Source: Naegleria gruberi
Lineage: Eukaryota
Strand: one strand, 5' to 3'
DNA: 64,000 nucleotides
Assembly: GCA_000004985.1 (NCBI GenBank)
Contig: GG738904.1
The position numbers and the translations under genes were made by a program. Positions within the stretch are counted from its first letter, which is position 1, and the number at the start of each line of letters is the position of its first letter. Positions 31,534 through 45,500 of the stretch are shown here, piece by piece. A model generated the notes under the pieces. The model was not told the DNA's origin and ran no database searches. It saw only the letters and a program-made list of their open reading frames with translations.

Positions 31534-32292
31534 ATGAAGTCATCATCTGCTGCTGCTGCTGGAATAACTTTTGTGCCATTTTCAATGGAGAAGTCGAAAC
31601 CAATAGCTCAAGCTGACAATTCTATACAATTTGTGGATGATTCATCCAAATATCATAGAGAAATACCACCACCACATGCAAACCCAACTCCTATAAGACA
31701 TGTTTCATCTCCTCTAATTCACAATTCATCAACAAAACAATACATTTCGAATAATAACAAAGGCAGTCCTCTCATGATGCATGTGTCCACCAGCATGTCT
31801 AAGCAAAACAGAAGAGCTTCAGTGTGCTCGTTATCTGCCTCTGTGACATCCAACTCTTCAACCAGTGATAAATCAACAGATAGCTCGAACTCATCCAAAT
31901 CTGCCAAACAAACCCTCGAATCCCAAACATTTCAATTCAAAGTGCATGATAAGGAGCAACCAAAGTTGGTATTTTTCAATCTAGTTACCAAGGAACAAAT
32001 CGAGAAAAAGAGAAAGTATGTAAGAAAAAAGCCAGTTTCTGCATCTGTACAAATAATTGAAAAGGAAGAATTTTTATCCCCTTCTCTGTGTGGAAAGAGA
32101 AATTCAGAACATGTAAATTACCAATCCAATCCATCCAATAATACTGAACTTTCACCATCCGCCAATTCCACCTCTACCACTCATTGTAATCTACCTAGAA
32201 TTTCATTTGATTCTCTCAACCTTTCTCCACCTCAATCATTTATTCCCTCAAAGAGAAGAACCTCAATCTCAATAGCCGAGTTATTAAATTAA
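31534..32292 (+). CDS. Hypothetical serine-rich protein (252 aa)
   Basis: ATG ORF of low complexity. No domain recognised. Confidence 0.35.
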   Translation: MKSSSAAAAGITFVPFSMEKSKPIAQADNSIQFVDDSSKYHREIPPPHANPTPIRHVSSPLIHNSSTKQYISNNNKGSPLMMHVSTSMSKQNRRASVCSLSASVTSNSSTSDKSTDSSNSSKSAKQTLESQTFQFKVHDKEQPKLVFFNLVTKEQIEKKRKYVRKKPVSASVQIIEKEEFLSPSLCGKRNSEHVNYQSNPSNNTELSPSANSTSTTHCNLPRISFDSLNLSPPQSFIPSKRRTSISIAELLN

Positions 32293-32423
32293 AATCTATT
32301 TTTTTCATTGTCAATTCTAAAACTCAATCAATATTTGAAAAACCAATCAATTTTCCATCTTTCTTTAAAAAATTTATTTCTAACAAGTTAAGGAAAATTG
32401 AACAAAATTTATAAAAACAAAAA

Positions 32424-33803
32424 ATGGCCGAACAACCAGAGAATGTTAGCTTGTTGGATTTTTCTAAAAAGAACACTGAACAAGTTCAAACATCAATAGA
32501 TAATGCATCGTATCATCGGAAGGAAATTAAACCCTATGAAGGAGAGGATATTAATATTTTGGAGGATGTAATGGAATATATTAATAACAAAACATCACCC
32601 ATTACAAGTGGTACCACAAAATTTAATCATCATCATCAACAAGAACAACAATTAGATGACTCGAGTGGTACTAGTAATATTCGCACGAAAACAAAAATAT
32701 CAACACTAGGAGAATTGTATGAAAAGATGAAACAAAGTGATACTGTGCAATATGGATTGGCAGGTGTTATAAGTGGTATGTTTCTCTTCATCTTCATATG
32801 AAGTCAATTATTTCCGATCCTCAGGACTGTGTACTGCTACAGCTACTCAACCTCTAGATTGTGCCAAGACTAGAATTCAAGTCTTTAAACGATTAAATAT
32901 GGAACTCCCTACAACAAGTTGTACATCACAGGGAGTTTATCAGAAAATTATGAATTCTAAATCAATAGCAATGCTTTCTAGTATTTATAGGAATGAAGGA
33001 TGGAAGGCTCTATATCGGTAAGTCATTTGATGATGGAATTTAAATGGATGACCAGAAATCAAACAGAGGTTTACCACCGTCTCTTCTTTCATCGTGTGTT
33101 TCAATGTCAATTTTCTTCCCTATTTATGAAATTTGTAGAAAGAGATTTTCAGAATCATTCGGAACTGAAACGTGGCATCCTAAAGTAATTGTTCCTGCAG
33201 TTTTATCTGCTTGGGCTTTTTCATCAGTACTAGTTTCTCCAATTTCACTTGTAAAAGTAAGATTACAAACATCATCAACAATTTCTCTTTATTCCGAATC
33301 AAATCCTTCGACAACCTTTTTACAAGTAATTAAAAGCATTTACAAAAACGAAGGATTGTCTGGATTTTATGCTGGTTACAGGTAGGTTTTCCATTTCAAC
33401 AATTTGTGACAATATTCTAAATTACAGAGGAGTTGCAATTTCTGCTACTGTATTTTGTTTATACTTTTCAATTTACGAGCCGTTGAAATTATATTGTGTA
33501 AATACTATGAACTTACCATACCTTGCTGTTGTACCAGTACTTTCACCTCTTACAATGATTGCTGTTTCAACATTGACTTATCCAAATGATTTAATTATTA
33601 GTAATCTTCAATTCCAAGGAAAGAAAAGTGCTGGAGGTGTGCATTACAATGGATGGGTTGATGCTTTCAAATCAATTTACAAATCTGGAGGTGTTAGGGC
33701 TCTTTACAGTGGTCTTAATACATATTTACTGAGATTCTGTTTGGGTACCATTGTTACACAAACAAGTTACGAAACCATTTTAAGGTTAATGGATAAACGA
33801 TAA
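32424..33803 (+). CDS. Mitochondrial carrier family (SLC25) protein with ~115-aa N-terminal extension, 4 exons: 32424..32775, 32825..33017, 33067..33381, 33428..33803
   Basis: Three carrier repeats with PLDCAKTRIQV, PISLVKVRLQ and P-NDLIISNLQ signatures, plus EGWKALYRG/EGLSGFYAGYRG motifs. Three short introns (GTATGT...CCTCAG, GTAAGT...AACAG, GTAGGT...TTACAG) restore one 412-codon frame across four track ORFs. Confidence 0.75.
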
Positions 33804-34012
33804 ACTTTTTGCTCAATAACAAGTGGGCAAATTTTGTAGTCATTTGACATCGTTCAAAAAGTGGAAAATTATAATGATTGAAATTGCTTTCGGGTTTTTG
33901 AATCCGATGTTTCCTCCATTCCAGTATTATTCGTTTGTTTATTATTTAATAATATTGAGCACAGGATATTTCACCCTAATAATAAGTTTTCAAATAAAAA
34001 TAATAAGAAAAA

Positions 34013-35119
34013 ATGCAAAAATCAAAATTATTGATTAGCTTGTTTTGTTTGATGGTGCTTTTTGCACTCTTTGTTCAAGCTGATGGATCGTCGGGTGTTG
34101 TTCTCGAATTAAATACACAAAATTTTGAAACCACCATACAATCAAATCCACAAAAAGTTTTCTTTATTAAATTCTTTGCTCCATGGTGTGGTCATTGTAA
34201 AAGATTGGCTGGCACTTGGTCCGAATTAGCCAAAGAACTTGAGGATTCATCTGTTCCACACTTCCAAAATGTTCAATTAGCAAAGGTTAACTGTGATGAA
34301 CATCCAGATATTCGTAGAAAATATTCTATCAGAGGATATCCAACACTTGTTTTATTTGTTGGTGGAAAGCCTGTTACTGAATATTATGGTTATAGAACAG
34401 TTCCAAAATTCAAATCATTTTTGGATGATGTCTTTTCATCAGCTAAGAGTTCTGGATCTGTTGATCAAGTAACTGAAGTTGAATTGGAATCCAAAATTAA
34501 GAATCAAAACAGAGCTTGGACTGTCATGTTTTACAATTCCGAATCAGCTCAAACTAAACAATTTGACTCAAACTTCCAACAACTTGCTACCAATAATAAG
34601 GATACAAATAATTTCTTTGCCAAGATTGATTGTAATCAAGAAAAGGAGTTATGTACAAAGAGATTAACTATTGATCTTACTAATGGTCCTCAATTCGTCA
34701 TCTTTACTGGATCTGATAAGATGATGTCACAATTCAAGGAACAACCATCTGTAGAATCACTCCAAAAATTCATCACCAGTGGACATGTTAGTAGTAAGGT
34801 TCAAATTCCAGGACCAGTTGATAATACACCAACTATTCTTCACTTTTTGAATGACCATCCATATATTAGTATTGGTGTTGTTACCATGTTCTGTATTGCT
34901 ATTTGTGGTATCTTTTTGGCAATTCTCTGCATGTCTGATGATTCTGAAAAGAAAGGCAAGACTGAACCAGCTGAAAATACTGAAAATACTCAAACCAATC
35001 CAGCCAATAACTTTGATGTTTCCAGTGATGAAGAAGGTGACAAGGTTGTTGAAGCAACATCCAATGAAACTGCTCCATCCAATTTGAAGAAGAGAAATTT
35101 GAGTTCCAACAATGAATAA
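34013..35119 (+). CDS. Thioredoxin-domain membrane protein (PDI/TMX-like): signal peptide, thioredoxin domain, C-terminal TM
   Basis: Signal sequence MQKSKLLISLFCLMVLFALFVQA, active site FAPWCGHCK, C-terminal hydrophobic helix IGVVTMFCIAICGIFLAILCM, then an acidic tail. Confidence 0.75.
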   Translation: MQKSKLLISLFCLMVLFALFVQADGSSGVVLELNTQNFETTIQSNPQKVFFIKFFAPWCGHCKRLAGTWSELAKELEDSSVPHFQNVQLAKVNCDEHPDIRRKYSIRGYPTLVLFVGGKPVTEYYGYRTVPKFKSFLDDVFSSAKSSGSVDQVTEVELESKIKNQNRAWTVMFYNSESAQTKQFDSNFQQLATNNKDTNNFFAKIDCNQEKELCTKRLTIDLTNGPQFVIFTGSDKMMSQFKEQPSVESLQKFITSGHVSSKVQIPGPVDNTPTILHFLNDHPYISIGVVTMFCIAICGIFLAILCMSDDSEKKGKTEPAENTENTQTNPANNFDVSSDEEGDKVVEATSNETAPSNLKKRNLSSNNE

Positions 35120-35399
35120 ACCTAATTAAATTATTTAAAAATTTTAATTAACCAGAAACCTCTTTATCAATACAACCTAATATATTGTATTAAATATGCA
35201 ATTCAATATCCAATCCATGAGTACCACAAATTAATTTATTGAAATAATTTTCAATGTTTATCTGTGGACAACAAACTTTAATAGGTAACGACACCAAAAA
35301 AAAATTCACAACATTTTGAAACGCAAAGGAAATTTTCCCTTTCATTTCGTTTGCTAACAACCCACACATAACAAGAAGAGAGGAATTGAATAATACAAG

Positions 35400-37454
35400 A
35401 TGATTCGCTCGGATTTGTTTTATACAGAGGAACAAACACCATCCTCTTCTATCAATATGGTGGATGATGATGTATTATTTTCATCAGCAGCAACAGACTC
35501 GTCATCTCATCATCAGCCTCCTAATCAGGACCCTAATGCTCCAATCGATATGAATATTTGGATGCTATCCGTTGNNNNNNNNNNNNNNNNNNNNNNNNNN
35601 NNNNNNNNNNNNNNNNNNNNNNNNAATTATTGTTAGGTATTTAGTGTTGGGTAAAAAACATTGATTAATTTATTCGATCCTGAGGAATACTTTTATTTGA
35701 GATTGTTTATCTGGGTTACTTATAATTTATGTTTTATAATGTTTGCACTTGTGTTGACTGCTCTAGTTGCTCCATCTGCTGAAGGATCTGGTTTGGCAGG
35801 TATTAAAGCTATTTTGAATGGTGTCAGAGGTTTAAAGGATGTTCTAAGTATGAAGACAATGATTGTGAAATATTTATCATTACCTGCAGTCCTTACAGCT
35901 GGTTTATATATCGGTAAAATGGGTCCTTCCATTCACATTGTCACTTGTGCTGCTAAGAATTTACTGAAATTTAGATTATTCGAGTCCATAAGAAAAACCA
36001 AAACTCTGAAACAAGAAATGATTGTATGTGGTATTGCTGTCGGTTGTGCAGCTAACGATGGTGCTGTCGTGGGAGGTGTATTGTTTGGAGCAGAGTTAGT
36101 TGGTACCTATTATTCTTTGAGAAACTATTTCAAGAGTTTTTATGCAGCTTTTATTGCCTGCATGACTTCTCGTTTATTGCACAGTGCTGTCAATTTGAAT
36201 ATCAAACCATTCTTGACATGGAATGTTAAGATTGTTCCTCCATCTTTCACTCTTCCAGAATTATTTTTCATGCTTTTTGTTGCCATTGTAATGTCTTTTG
36301 TTGGTATTGCAGTAGTCTTTGTCAATGAACAATTGCTTGTTTTGAGAGATAAATATGGTAAATTGCATCTTGGACCTTTCAAGTTTGCCAAGTATGCCAC
36401 TAACAAATTGGTAATTTTAACAGAAAACAGAATTATTTTCACAATTATTATTACTCTCGTTACTAGTTTCCTTTCATTCCCTCAAATGATTGGTAAATAT
36501 ATGAGTATTGGTGGTGTGCCTATTTTCGAAGAATTATTAATGGCAAAACCTTTAACAACAGTGAATGGCGCTAAGGGAGAATGGATTCAAGGAAATATTT
36601 CAGAAGTATTTATTACAATTTCTATATTTATTACTGTCAGATACATTTTGGCAATTCTTACAACAGTTTTGCCTGTTTCTGGTGGTTCATATTTGCAATT
36701 GTTGATTATTGGAGCTTCATTTGGTAGACTTGTAGGTGAAGGTCTTGCCTTTATTTTACCTGATGGTTTTAGTCCAAACCATCCGATTGTTCCAGCCAGT
36801 TATGGTCTTGTTGCTGCTGCTGCTTTGACTAGTTCACAAACGCAGGCCTTCAGTTCTGTATTTATTCTGCTAGAATTAACAGGTCATGGTGTTCACTTAC
36901 CTGCATTGGGAGCATCCTATATTGGAGTTGTTATTTCCAGATGGTTGTCTTACAGTGCCTATGACTTTGTTATCAAGTTTAGAAAATGGCCAGCTGTCCT
37001 TGAATCAACAACTGACTCTGACGATATTAGAGTTAAATACGTCATGCAATATGTTGATAGTTTGCCAATTTTGGAAGAAAAGGCAAGCTTGAGAAAGATT
37101 GGAGAATTTTTGGAAAAGCCAGATTTGGCCAAGACTATTCCAATTGTTAATAATAAGAGTGATTTACTTCTTGTTGGTTGTGTCAATACTAAGAAATTAC
37201 AAGATTATTACAATACTATGAAACCAACTCTTGAAGGCAATCCTGACTATGATACAGAAATTGAAATTGAAAAGAATACTTGTCCAATTACCATTTCTGA
37301 AGATACACCTCTCGTTTTAGCTCACTTACTCTTCTCCAAATTGAATTTGGATGACGTGTTCGTTGTTTGGAGAGGTCGTTTAATTGGTCAAGTTCAAAAG
37401 TCTAGTATTATTGCTGAGCTTACTGATAGAAATGCTGGTTTTGGTGATGCTTAA
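35400..37454 (+). CDS. CLC-family voltage-gated chloride channel/transporter with C-terminal CBS pair; interrupted by assembly gap 35575-35624
   Basis: CLC motifs GSGLAGIKAILNG (GSGIP-type), GKMGPSIHI (GKEGP-type), GVLFGAE and PVSGGSY, plus C-terminal CBS-like segments. The N-terminal ORF (35400-35574) is separated from the main ORF by the 50-N gap, so the exon structure there is unresolved. Confidence 0.7.
35575..35624. other. Assembly gap (50 N) inside the ClC gene
   Basis: Run of 50 n. Confidence 0.99.
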
Positions 37455-37559
37455 ACAATTTACTTGATTTTTATTAATTTATTAAAATATTAAATTTAAT
37501 CCACCTCACATTTAATATTATTTCATCGTCACACAATAAAAATAATAATATTAAAAAAA

Positions 37560-38282
37560 ATGCTTCCATCATCATCGATAAGAAAATTTGTTCCGATCTG
37601 TTTATTGTTGATCATTAGTATTAATTTATTAATTACATCATTGAATGGACATAAAATCGGAGACGCCATTCCAATGTTAAAAAAGATACAATTTAATGAG
37701 AAGAGAACTGAATGGAGTGAGGTGCCATATGGAGATGCTCCAAGATATGGAATTCCAAAAAAGATCACAATCACTGGTGTTGCTGCTATTTTAGAAGCCT
37801 TCCTTGAAACACCAAAGTCTCCAGCTGGTACCGATAAATATTATGAGGAATTAATTGCTCAATCAAAGGATGATTTAAAGCTTTCATTTGCTTTCCATCA
37901 CCCTAATTTTGAAACTCCTTGGATCACACTCTTTTCAAAGGGTACTCCCGATGAGGTTACTAGCAAGAACAGTTATCACTTTTTGAAGCAAATTGATTTT
38001 ATGTTCCTTTATCATGGAGATACTATTTTGGAAATTAAACACTCTTTGGAATGTATGTATTTGTAGTATTTTCATAATTGATTAATTGATTAATTAGATT
38101 ATGATGAAGAAGATGAAGCCTCTAACCGTCCATCAACAATCAATAACGATATTGTTGTTAATTATTATTGGAAAGAAGTTGTGGAAAAGGATACATCTGC
38201 TGGATTAACATTCCTCTATGTGATTTCATTCATTTTTGGATCTATTATTATGATTACAGGAGTTAGCCACATTGGATTCTAA
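37560..38282 (+). CDS. Hypothetical secreted/type-I membrane protein, probably 2 exons: 37560..38052, 38098..38282
   Basis: N-terminal signal sequence. Removing a GTATGT...TTAATTAG intron (38053-38097) removes the stop and adds 61 codons, ending in a hydrophobic helix and a clean TAA. Confidence 0.35.
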
Positions 38283-38344
38283 TAAATTCGCCACATTCAT
38301 CATTGTATAAATTAGAAATAGTTTTAAGGTTTATTTATCAGTAT

Positions 38345-41167
38345 TTACAAAGTGAGGACAACAGCATCAATTTCCTTACAGAATGTGTGGTAATCAATAT
38401 CGCCTCTTTCATCTTCGTAATGCTTTTGTAACACTCTGAGTTCCTTGTCATTCAAGTGGAACTTTAAGAAATCGAGAATAGAAGCAAATTGAGTTTTGGT
38501 AACACGAAGTTTTCTCAGCTTGTCATAGTCTTGGAAGTAGGCAGTTAAAATTTGTTGCATAACAGCAGCCTTAGTGGCAACCTTTTTAAGGATTGCATTC
38601 AATTCATTACCATCTACTTCGTTTGAGATTTCTGGAATATGAGATTTAAGAGGATAGCTTGGACGAGCTTGGAATGATTCTGCAGTCTTTGTTGGGAATT
38701 TTTCAAGTCTATTTTCAACAAAAGCTCTATCAACTTCTTCACAAAGTGATGTATAACTTATCAAATCTGGGTGAGCATCAACCTTGTAATAATCTTCCAA
38801 CAATTGAATTTCTTGTTCTGAAAGATTCAATTTAGCCATGCTAAGAGCAGTTCTAAACTTTGCCTTTGGAACGACATTGTGTCTCAATTTATCAAAATCA
38901 GCAAAGAATTCTTTCAATCTGGTTCTACTCTTAACAATATCAGACGTGGCCTTATAGATAACATTTGATATCTCTGTAGGAATTTGTTTTGGCACATCAG
39001 GGTTAATAAAGTTTTGAGAAACGGCCAACTCTAATTCCTTTACATAGACAGATTGATGGGTTCTGTCAACACGTTCATTCTTATCGACATCTTGAATAAA
39101 CTTGAAATAGTTTACATAGCCTGAAGTTGGTTCAAAATAGGCATTTTGAAGTAACCTGTAGTCTTCTTGGGTGAGGAAATTAAAAAGCTTATCAAGACAC
39201 TGTATAAACTGTGTTTCGCTTATTTTTCCTCTTCTTAACTTATCAAAATCTTCGAAATTTACTTTCATAGCAATACCTCTTGTCTTCACTGCATATTGAA
39301 GTTTGCCAAGTAACTCATCGAGCTTGTCCTCCATTGGTGTGTATGCTTTTTGTGGACCACGTTTTTGCATGGAATTTAAAGTAAAATCGAGAGGAGAAAC
39401 CAATTCTTTGGTTGGAACCTTTTCTAAATTCTTTTCAGTAATTACACTGTTAATTGTGTCACAAAACTTTCTATAGTTAACAAATCCTTTCTTCGTTGGA
39501 CTCTTAAATTCTGAAATGAGTTGTTCGTTCTCCTTATCTGTCATATCAATACCTCCCATATTTAAAGCACTTCTGAATTGTTTCTCTGTAATTTCATGAC
39601 TTCTAAGAGGGTCAAAATCTCTCATAAACTCTTCCAATCTTATTCTATTAACAAGGGACTTGAACGAAATATCCTCAAGTAATTCATCTAGCTCCTTTTC
39701 TCCCTTTGGACCTCTCTCCTTCTTTGGGAGATTACCAATAAGTTTAACATCATAGTCACGAGTATTAAAGTTACTATTTTGCAAAATTTCATCAACATCC
39801 TCGAGGAACATTTTGTAGTTTACATCTCCCTTACCAAGATCGTCATATTTTTCTTCAAGAATAGTATATTCATCTTGAGTTAAATTGATACCAGACATGT
39901 GAAGGGCTCTCTCGAATCTGGCCCTTGTAACGTGATCGGTGGAGTAGGTACCCTTCTTTGTTTTATCAAAATCTTGGAAGAATGGTTTCATGAAAACTCT
40001 TCTGTTGCTTACAATCTCACTGACCTTGTTAATAACATCGTTACATTTTTCTTCCTTTTCGCTCTCTAAATTCTTTCTATTAAGCTTGACAATATTGTTT
40101 TGTTGATGGAATTTCTTAGTTGGAAATTTTTCCAATCCCTTATCATTGAAAACAGAGTAAACATTATTCAAGAACTCTTGATATGATACTCTGGACTCGG
40201 AGTGATGATCTTCAGTTCTGTACTTTTCAGCCAACATGTCGAGCTGTGTTTGATTGAAAGCCATTTTGTGGAACTTTATGGCACCTAGTGTGGACATGAA
40301 TTGAGCTTTAGTGATAAAGCCAGTTCTTAATCTGTCAAAATCACGGAAAGATTCATCCAATTTAATTCTATATTTGATCAAAGCCTTTTTGATTTCCTTT
40401 TCAATTTCATCGACTTGTTCCTCAATTGAAGGGGTTGCTCTTTCGAATCTATAATCAGGATAGTCATCTATTTTAATTTCATTTTCAATTTCTTCATGGA
40501 ATCGGAGATAATTGATATCCCCTTTTTCATCTACATATCTATCAAGAATCAAGTGCAATTCTTCAGCATTCAGGTTTCTGAAAGGAATACATTGCAAAAA
40601 TTGAGATCTAGTAACAGCTCCATGATTAAGAGGATCAAAGTCCTTGAAGTAATTCTTAATAATATGGCCTTGAGTTTTGGCTTCCCATCTCAATTTTTCG
40701 TATAGAATATTTAATTCTTCAGTGGCTGAGAGTTGTGGTTTCTGTGATTTTAATAATTCTGTAGAGTTGAGAGTTTCCAATTTAGGATCTTTTTCCATTC
40801 CTTTGAGGGTAAATACTATTAAATGGTGTTATTAAAGATGTACATGTTATTGGATCAACATACCTTTATCGATTTCAGTAGCAAATTGAATATAATTCAC
40901 CTTATTGACGCTCGAATCAATAAACCTCGAAACAAGTTTATCAAAATCAGCATCCTTTAATTCCATTCCGAAAGAACTCAAACATCTTCTAAATTGAGGG
41001 ATTGATACAAATCCTGATCTCAATTTATCAAAGTCAATAAAAAACTCATTAATTCTTAGTCTTTTCTGCAAACACAATGTCCTGATAGTGTCCAACAATC
41101 CCTCTACACTAACATTCTTGCCTGATGAGAGTAACATTTTTTTTACTTTACGTAAATTAAAATTCAA
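38345..41167 (-). CDS. Multi-EF-hand protein of the EFCAB6/DJBP-like (flagellar) type, 2 exons: 40864..41167 and 38345..40800
   Basis: About nine tandem ~90-aa units each containing an EF-hand pair (FxDFDxLRxGxItxxQF...). A 63-nt GTATGT...CAAAG intron (40801-40863) joins in frame (...EIDKG|MEKDPK...). About 920 aa total. Confidence 0.6.
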
Positions 41168-41558
41168 AACTTTTGGCGGGAACGAGTAATACAGTTATCG
41201 TTACGTTGATATCAAACCCCATCAACCTAATTTTAGTAATTTAAATTTGTTATTATTGCTTTGGTGAGGTGAGAATGGATGAAATTCGATACATGTAATA
41301 ATAAAAAGCCATTATTCCTAGAACAAATAAGATAATTATCACTGTGGTCTTGTTCCGAAGTCCAATAGTTAATTAGTAATTTTGTTCAACTTGTACCTAC
41401 AGCAATATTCAACCATTTATCATAAGCTTCCGAAGATGATGAATCAGCATCTGCATGTTTTTCTCTGGCTAATGGTGCTGATTTGGAAGAAGAATCTTTC
41501 AATGATGTACTAGTATTTCGTCTATTTAATTCTTGCATTTTTTTACAATATTTTAAAT

Positions 41559-42362
41559 TCAATATCTAGAATCCTGCTCTGATAACAGTGTGTAGAGGAA
41601 TTTAAAGTCCTTTTCATTCTTCAATTTGTTAAAATCAGAAATAATACCATCGCCATTAGGTCCATCATTGGTTGCAACTCTATGTCTTGCCAATTCTTCA
41701 GTATTTCCAGTTCCGATATGTCTCTTGACAACTCTTTCCATTGCCTTAATTCAATATGAGATTTGAGATTGACATTAAATTACCTACCTCTTCCTTAGTT
41801 TGAGTATGGATATAAATCAAAATGTCAAACAATGGTGTGACATTTGGCCAAGTTGCCAAATAATTTCCTTCCACAATTATAATTGATTGATTGGCTTCTA
41901 CATGAATATCATCTTCAATGGGATCTCCAACACCATGATCAAAGGAAGGAGCACTCACTTTCTGATTAGGTGAATGTTTAATATTTTCCAATAAGTTTTT
42001 AAAAGCCAAATCATTAAAAGTAAATGGAGCTCCTCTATTAAATTAAATATTAATTATTAAATTAATAATTAAATAATTAATATTTACCTTCTACTGTGAG
42101 CATGTTTAGGATCTTCCATCATATCCAATTCCCTCCTATAATAATGAAATCCATCCATAGGAACGACCTGACAATTAATCTTCAACTCTTCAGTCAAATA
42201 CTTTTTCATATCCTGACAAACACTTGTCTTCCCTGAACCAGGTGTTCCAAAAATTCCAATTAATAATCGTTGTTTAATTTCCGATGGTTTTTGTTGTGAA
42301 AATTCCACCAATTGATGATCTTTGTTGATTTGATCCAAGAGTCCTTTAACCTTTTGCTCCAT
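41559..42362 (-). CDS. P-loop kinase of the phosphoribulokinase/uridine-kinase family (YFH7-like), 3 exons: 42088..42362, 41788..42034, 41559..41744
   Basis: Walker A GTPGSGKTS, then VPMDGFHY and SFDHGVGDPIEDDIHV...IIIVEGNYL, typical of the PRK/URK fold. Two short introns (GTAAAT...AATAG 53 nt; GTAGGT...TTAAG 43 nt) give 708 nt = 236 codons. Confidence 0.55.
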
Positions 42363-42589
42363 TTTTCTTTATTGACAGCGTATTATTGAAAATTAACAAT
42401 AAGCAAAAACAAAGACAATCCTGATTTTGTCTTGGCGCCAATTTTGTTTTTCGCGCCAAATTGTTACATTTATTTTTCAACTCTAAAAACAAATGCACAA
42501 CATCTAGGATCTTTATCATCAAATTAATATTTTAAAGAATTCAGTGATTGTATTGAGGACAACTAATTAATATTATTCAGAGCATAACA

Positions 42590-45500
42590 ATGTCATCATA
42601 TTGTGCAATCAACAAAGAACGAAAAAAACTCAACCATCCATCACTTATTCGGTGGATAAAGGAAGAAAAGCGAATCTCATCAAAAAAACAAAATCAACAA
42701 CAATTTGTGGAGGAAATTGCTGATGAGGACGGTGTTTGCAGGAAATGCTTTCCTGATGGAATGGTAAATGAATCAGTTCAACAACAACAAGAAGAGGATG
42801 ATGATAATCGTAAAGTTAGATTTACAGAACACAATTCAGAGGATGCCCACAATACTCTTTCGGATTTGACAAACTCTGAAGCAGTAAACGCAAAGACAGA
42901 GCTTCACAAGAAAGTAATTTTCATGCACCATCAACAAAACAGGAGAAATGTTATTGATAAAGCTGAACAAACATCACTAGTGAGTGAAGATGAATTTGGA
43001 AAATTGTCTGATGAAAATTTGTTTGGAAAGGTACACTATCTTCTGTCCTCTATCAAATCTAATAGAGTGGAAACCAATGTGACGCCAACCAAAATTACAA
43101 ACATGACCCTAGACGATGATGAGCCAAGACCTAGTAATTTAAATATTTCCCCTTCTTCCTTATTCTGTGGATATCCTTCCAATGCAGACGATCAGGCACC
43201 ATTACAAAACACTAGCCGAGAGACACCATCTTTTGAAAATGAATTATTTCATAACTATTCACTCCCCAAACAAACAGTATCACCCAATATTTCTAACTTA
43301 ACTTTGGCAGATGCCTCTAGGCAAATTCAATCCATGTACAATCACATTACATCTGTATACGGATCAGAACCATTAAATCAAAGACAAATAATATTCGAGA
43401 AAACACTAAATATTGGAATAACCAGTAACAATGAAAATGATACGGTTCATGACTTGAACTACATTAAGGATAAAGTAAAAAAATTACGAAGCAAAAGACT
43501 TCAAGAAATCAAAAGAAATTTGGAATTTGAAAGGGTAGAATTAATGAAAAATCCAAAAATAGGAGATCTTAAAAAGCGAATTAGTGACCTTAAAAGAAAA
43601 ATAGAAAAAGAATACGAGAAGGATGAACTTTTCAGAAAACAAAGACTGAAGGAAACAAATAGACTAAAACTTGTGAAGAATACTCCAAAAGCTGAAGAGA
43701 AGCTTAAAATGTTTTTAAATGCCCTTAATGCTAATTATTCCAATACTTGCTATCAAGTAACTATTTATGAGGGAGAAATATCGACCTGTCTGGCCAAACT
43801 GTTTTTAATTTATTTAAAAATTGAGAAAGAAATACAAAAATCTAGGGATATATTGCTGACAAAATTGAATGATGAAATGTTGGAAAACTGTGCTAGGAAT
43901 ACTTTTTACGCCTTCAAAAACTTTACTAAAAAGCAACAAGATTTGAGGCAACAACAACAAAGATTTGACAACTACATAACTCATAGAAGAAAAGTAAGCC
44001 TCTTTGCTAAATGGAAAGAAAGTACAAAATCTTCTGTTACAGAGAAGGAAAAGGATGAGGTAGCTATGATTCATTACTACAATAACCTCCAACGTAAGGC
44101 TTTCAATAGTATAGCTTTCGTCTTGAATAGTATGATTCTTAAACGGTGTGCAAAGGAGCTTTCTTTTATGTGGAGGGATAGGCAGATTCTTGGAAAGGGG
44201 TTCTTTGGTTGGAGGCATCAATCTGAAAAAACAAAGTATTTGAAACAAGGTCTCATGAGGTTTGCTGTTTCAGATTCCTTTGATGAGTTGGACAGGTTCA
44301 AATCTGAATATGAGATTGAGTCCTACATGTCTTACAAAATACGTCTCAATTTCAGAACCAAAATAACCAAGCACTTGATTCAACTTTATAGAGAAAAGAA
44401 ATCCCTAGTTTCTAAATTCGAGCACACTCCAAAACTTAGATACATTGAATACTTTACCAAAAAACCAATTGATCTGAGTACTATTTACAAAATTGAAGAA
44501 TACGATCAAAGATTTAAGCACTTTAACTATTTGAAAAAGCACGACAGCAGACCAGTTTGGGATGGTCCACCAGAGGAGCAGTACGAACCACCTCTCTACT
44601 CAAAATCTTCTTTTCAAAAAGCATCAATTCCAAACCTTACTGAACAAGTATATGATATCAGACTCAAAAAGAAAATATTTCAACAGTGGAGTGAAAAAGC
44701 GTGTGATAAGATACTTAAAAACAGAGCGGACCAATTCTATAGTGACGTGACAAAGCGAAAGGTCTTGTACGTACTAAGAGAAAATAGAGATGATATTTAC
44801 GAAAAGAGTCTGCAAATACAGGACAATTCAAATGCTACAATGATTGTTAAATACTTCAACAAGTGGAGAGAAACCACAGAACTAGTCAGCCATGAAAAAG
44901 ATAGTATTGCCTCAGAATACTACAATATAACATTAGCAAGAAAGGCATTCCAAGCTTTGAAAACAACTTGTCTTGTAGATTACAATCCTCATTTGAATGA
45001 TCTATGTAAGCAATGGCTTGTCAAATCAAAGGAGCGTTATTTCAAACGTTGGAAGTTGATGTTGTTCTTGAGAAAAAGTGAAGAAAAGTTTGAACTGGCA
45101 GTTGCAGAACAATATCAAATGACTTTAAAGTTCAAACTGTTAACAGCTTGGAGAGAAAAAGCAAAAAAGAGACAACTGTTAAGAAAAGTTCTCACTGACG
45201 GAGCCAACAGAATGAAGGCCAAAACCACTGTTTTAGAAAATAAGAAATCTTTAGCCAAATATGTTCTTAAACAATTGAAAAAGAATAAGGAAGTCAAGAT
45301 CTCTAGGAAAAATCAATACTTCATGTTTATCAAATCTAAGAAATTTTATGATGATGCTCTCAAGCAAAAATTCTTCCAGTTGTGGAAAATCAAACAAGCC
45401 ATTGGAGAAGAACAAAAGAAATTGGAACAGTCACAGGAGGAGAAAGAAAAGACAGCTATTGCACTCAATCACTATAATCAAGTGATAAAGAAGAAAATAA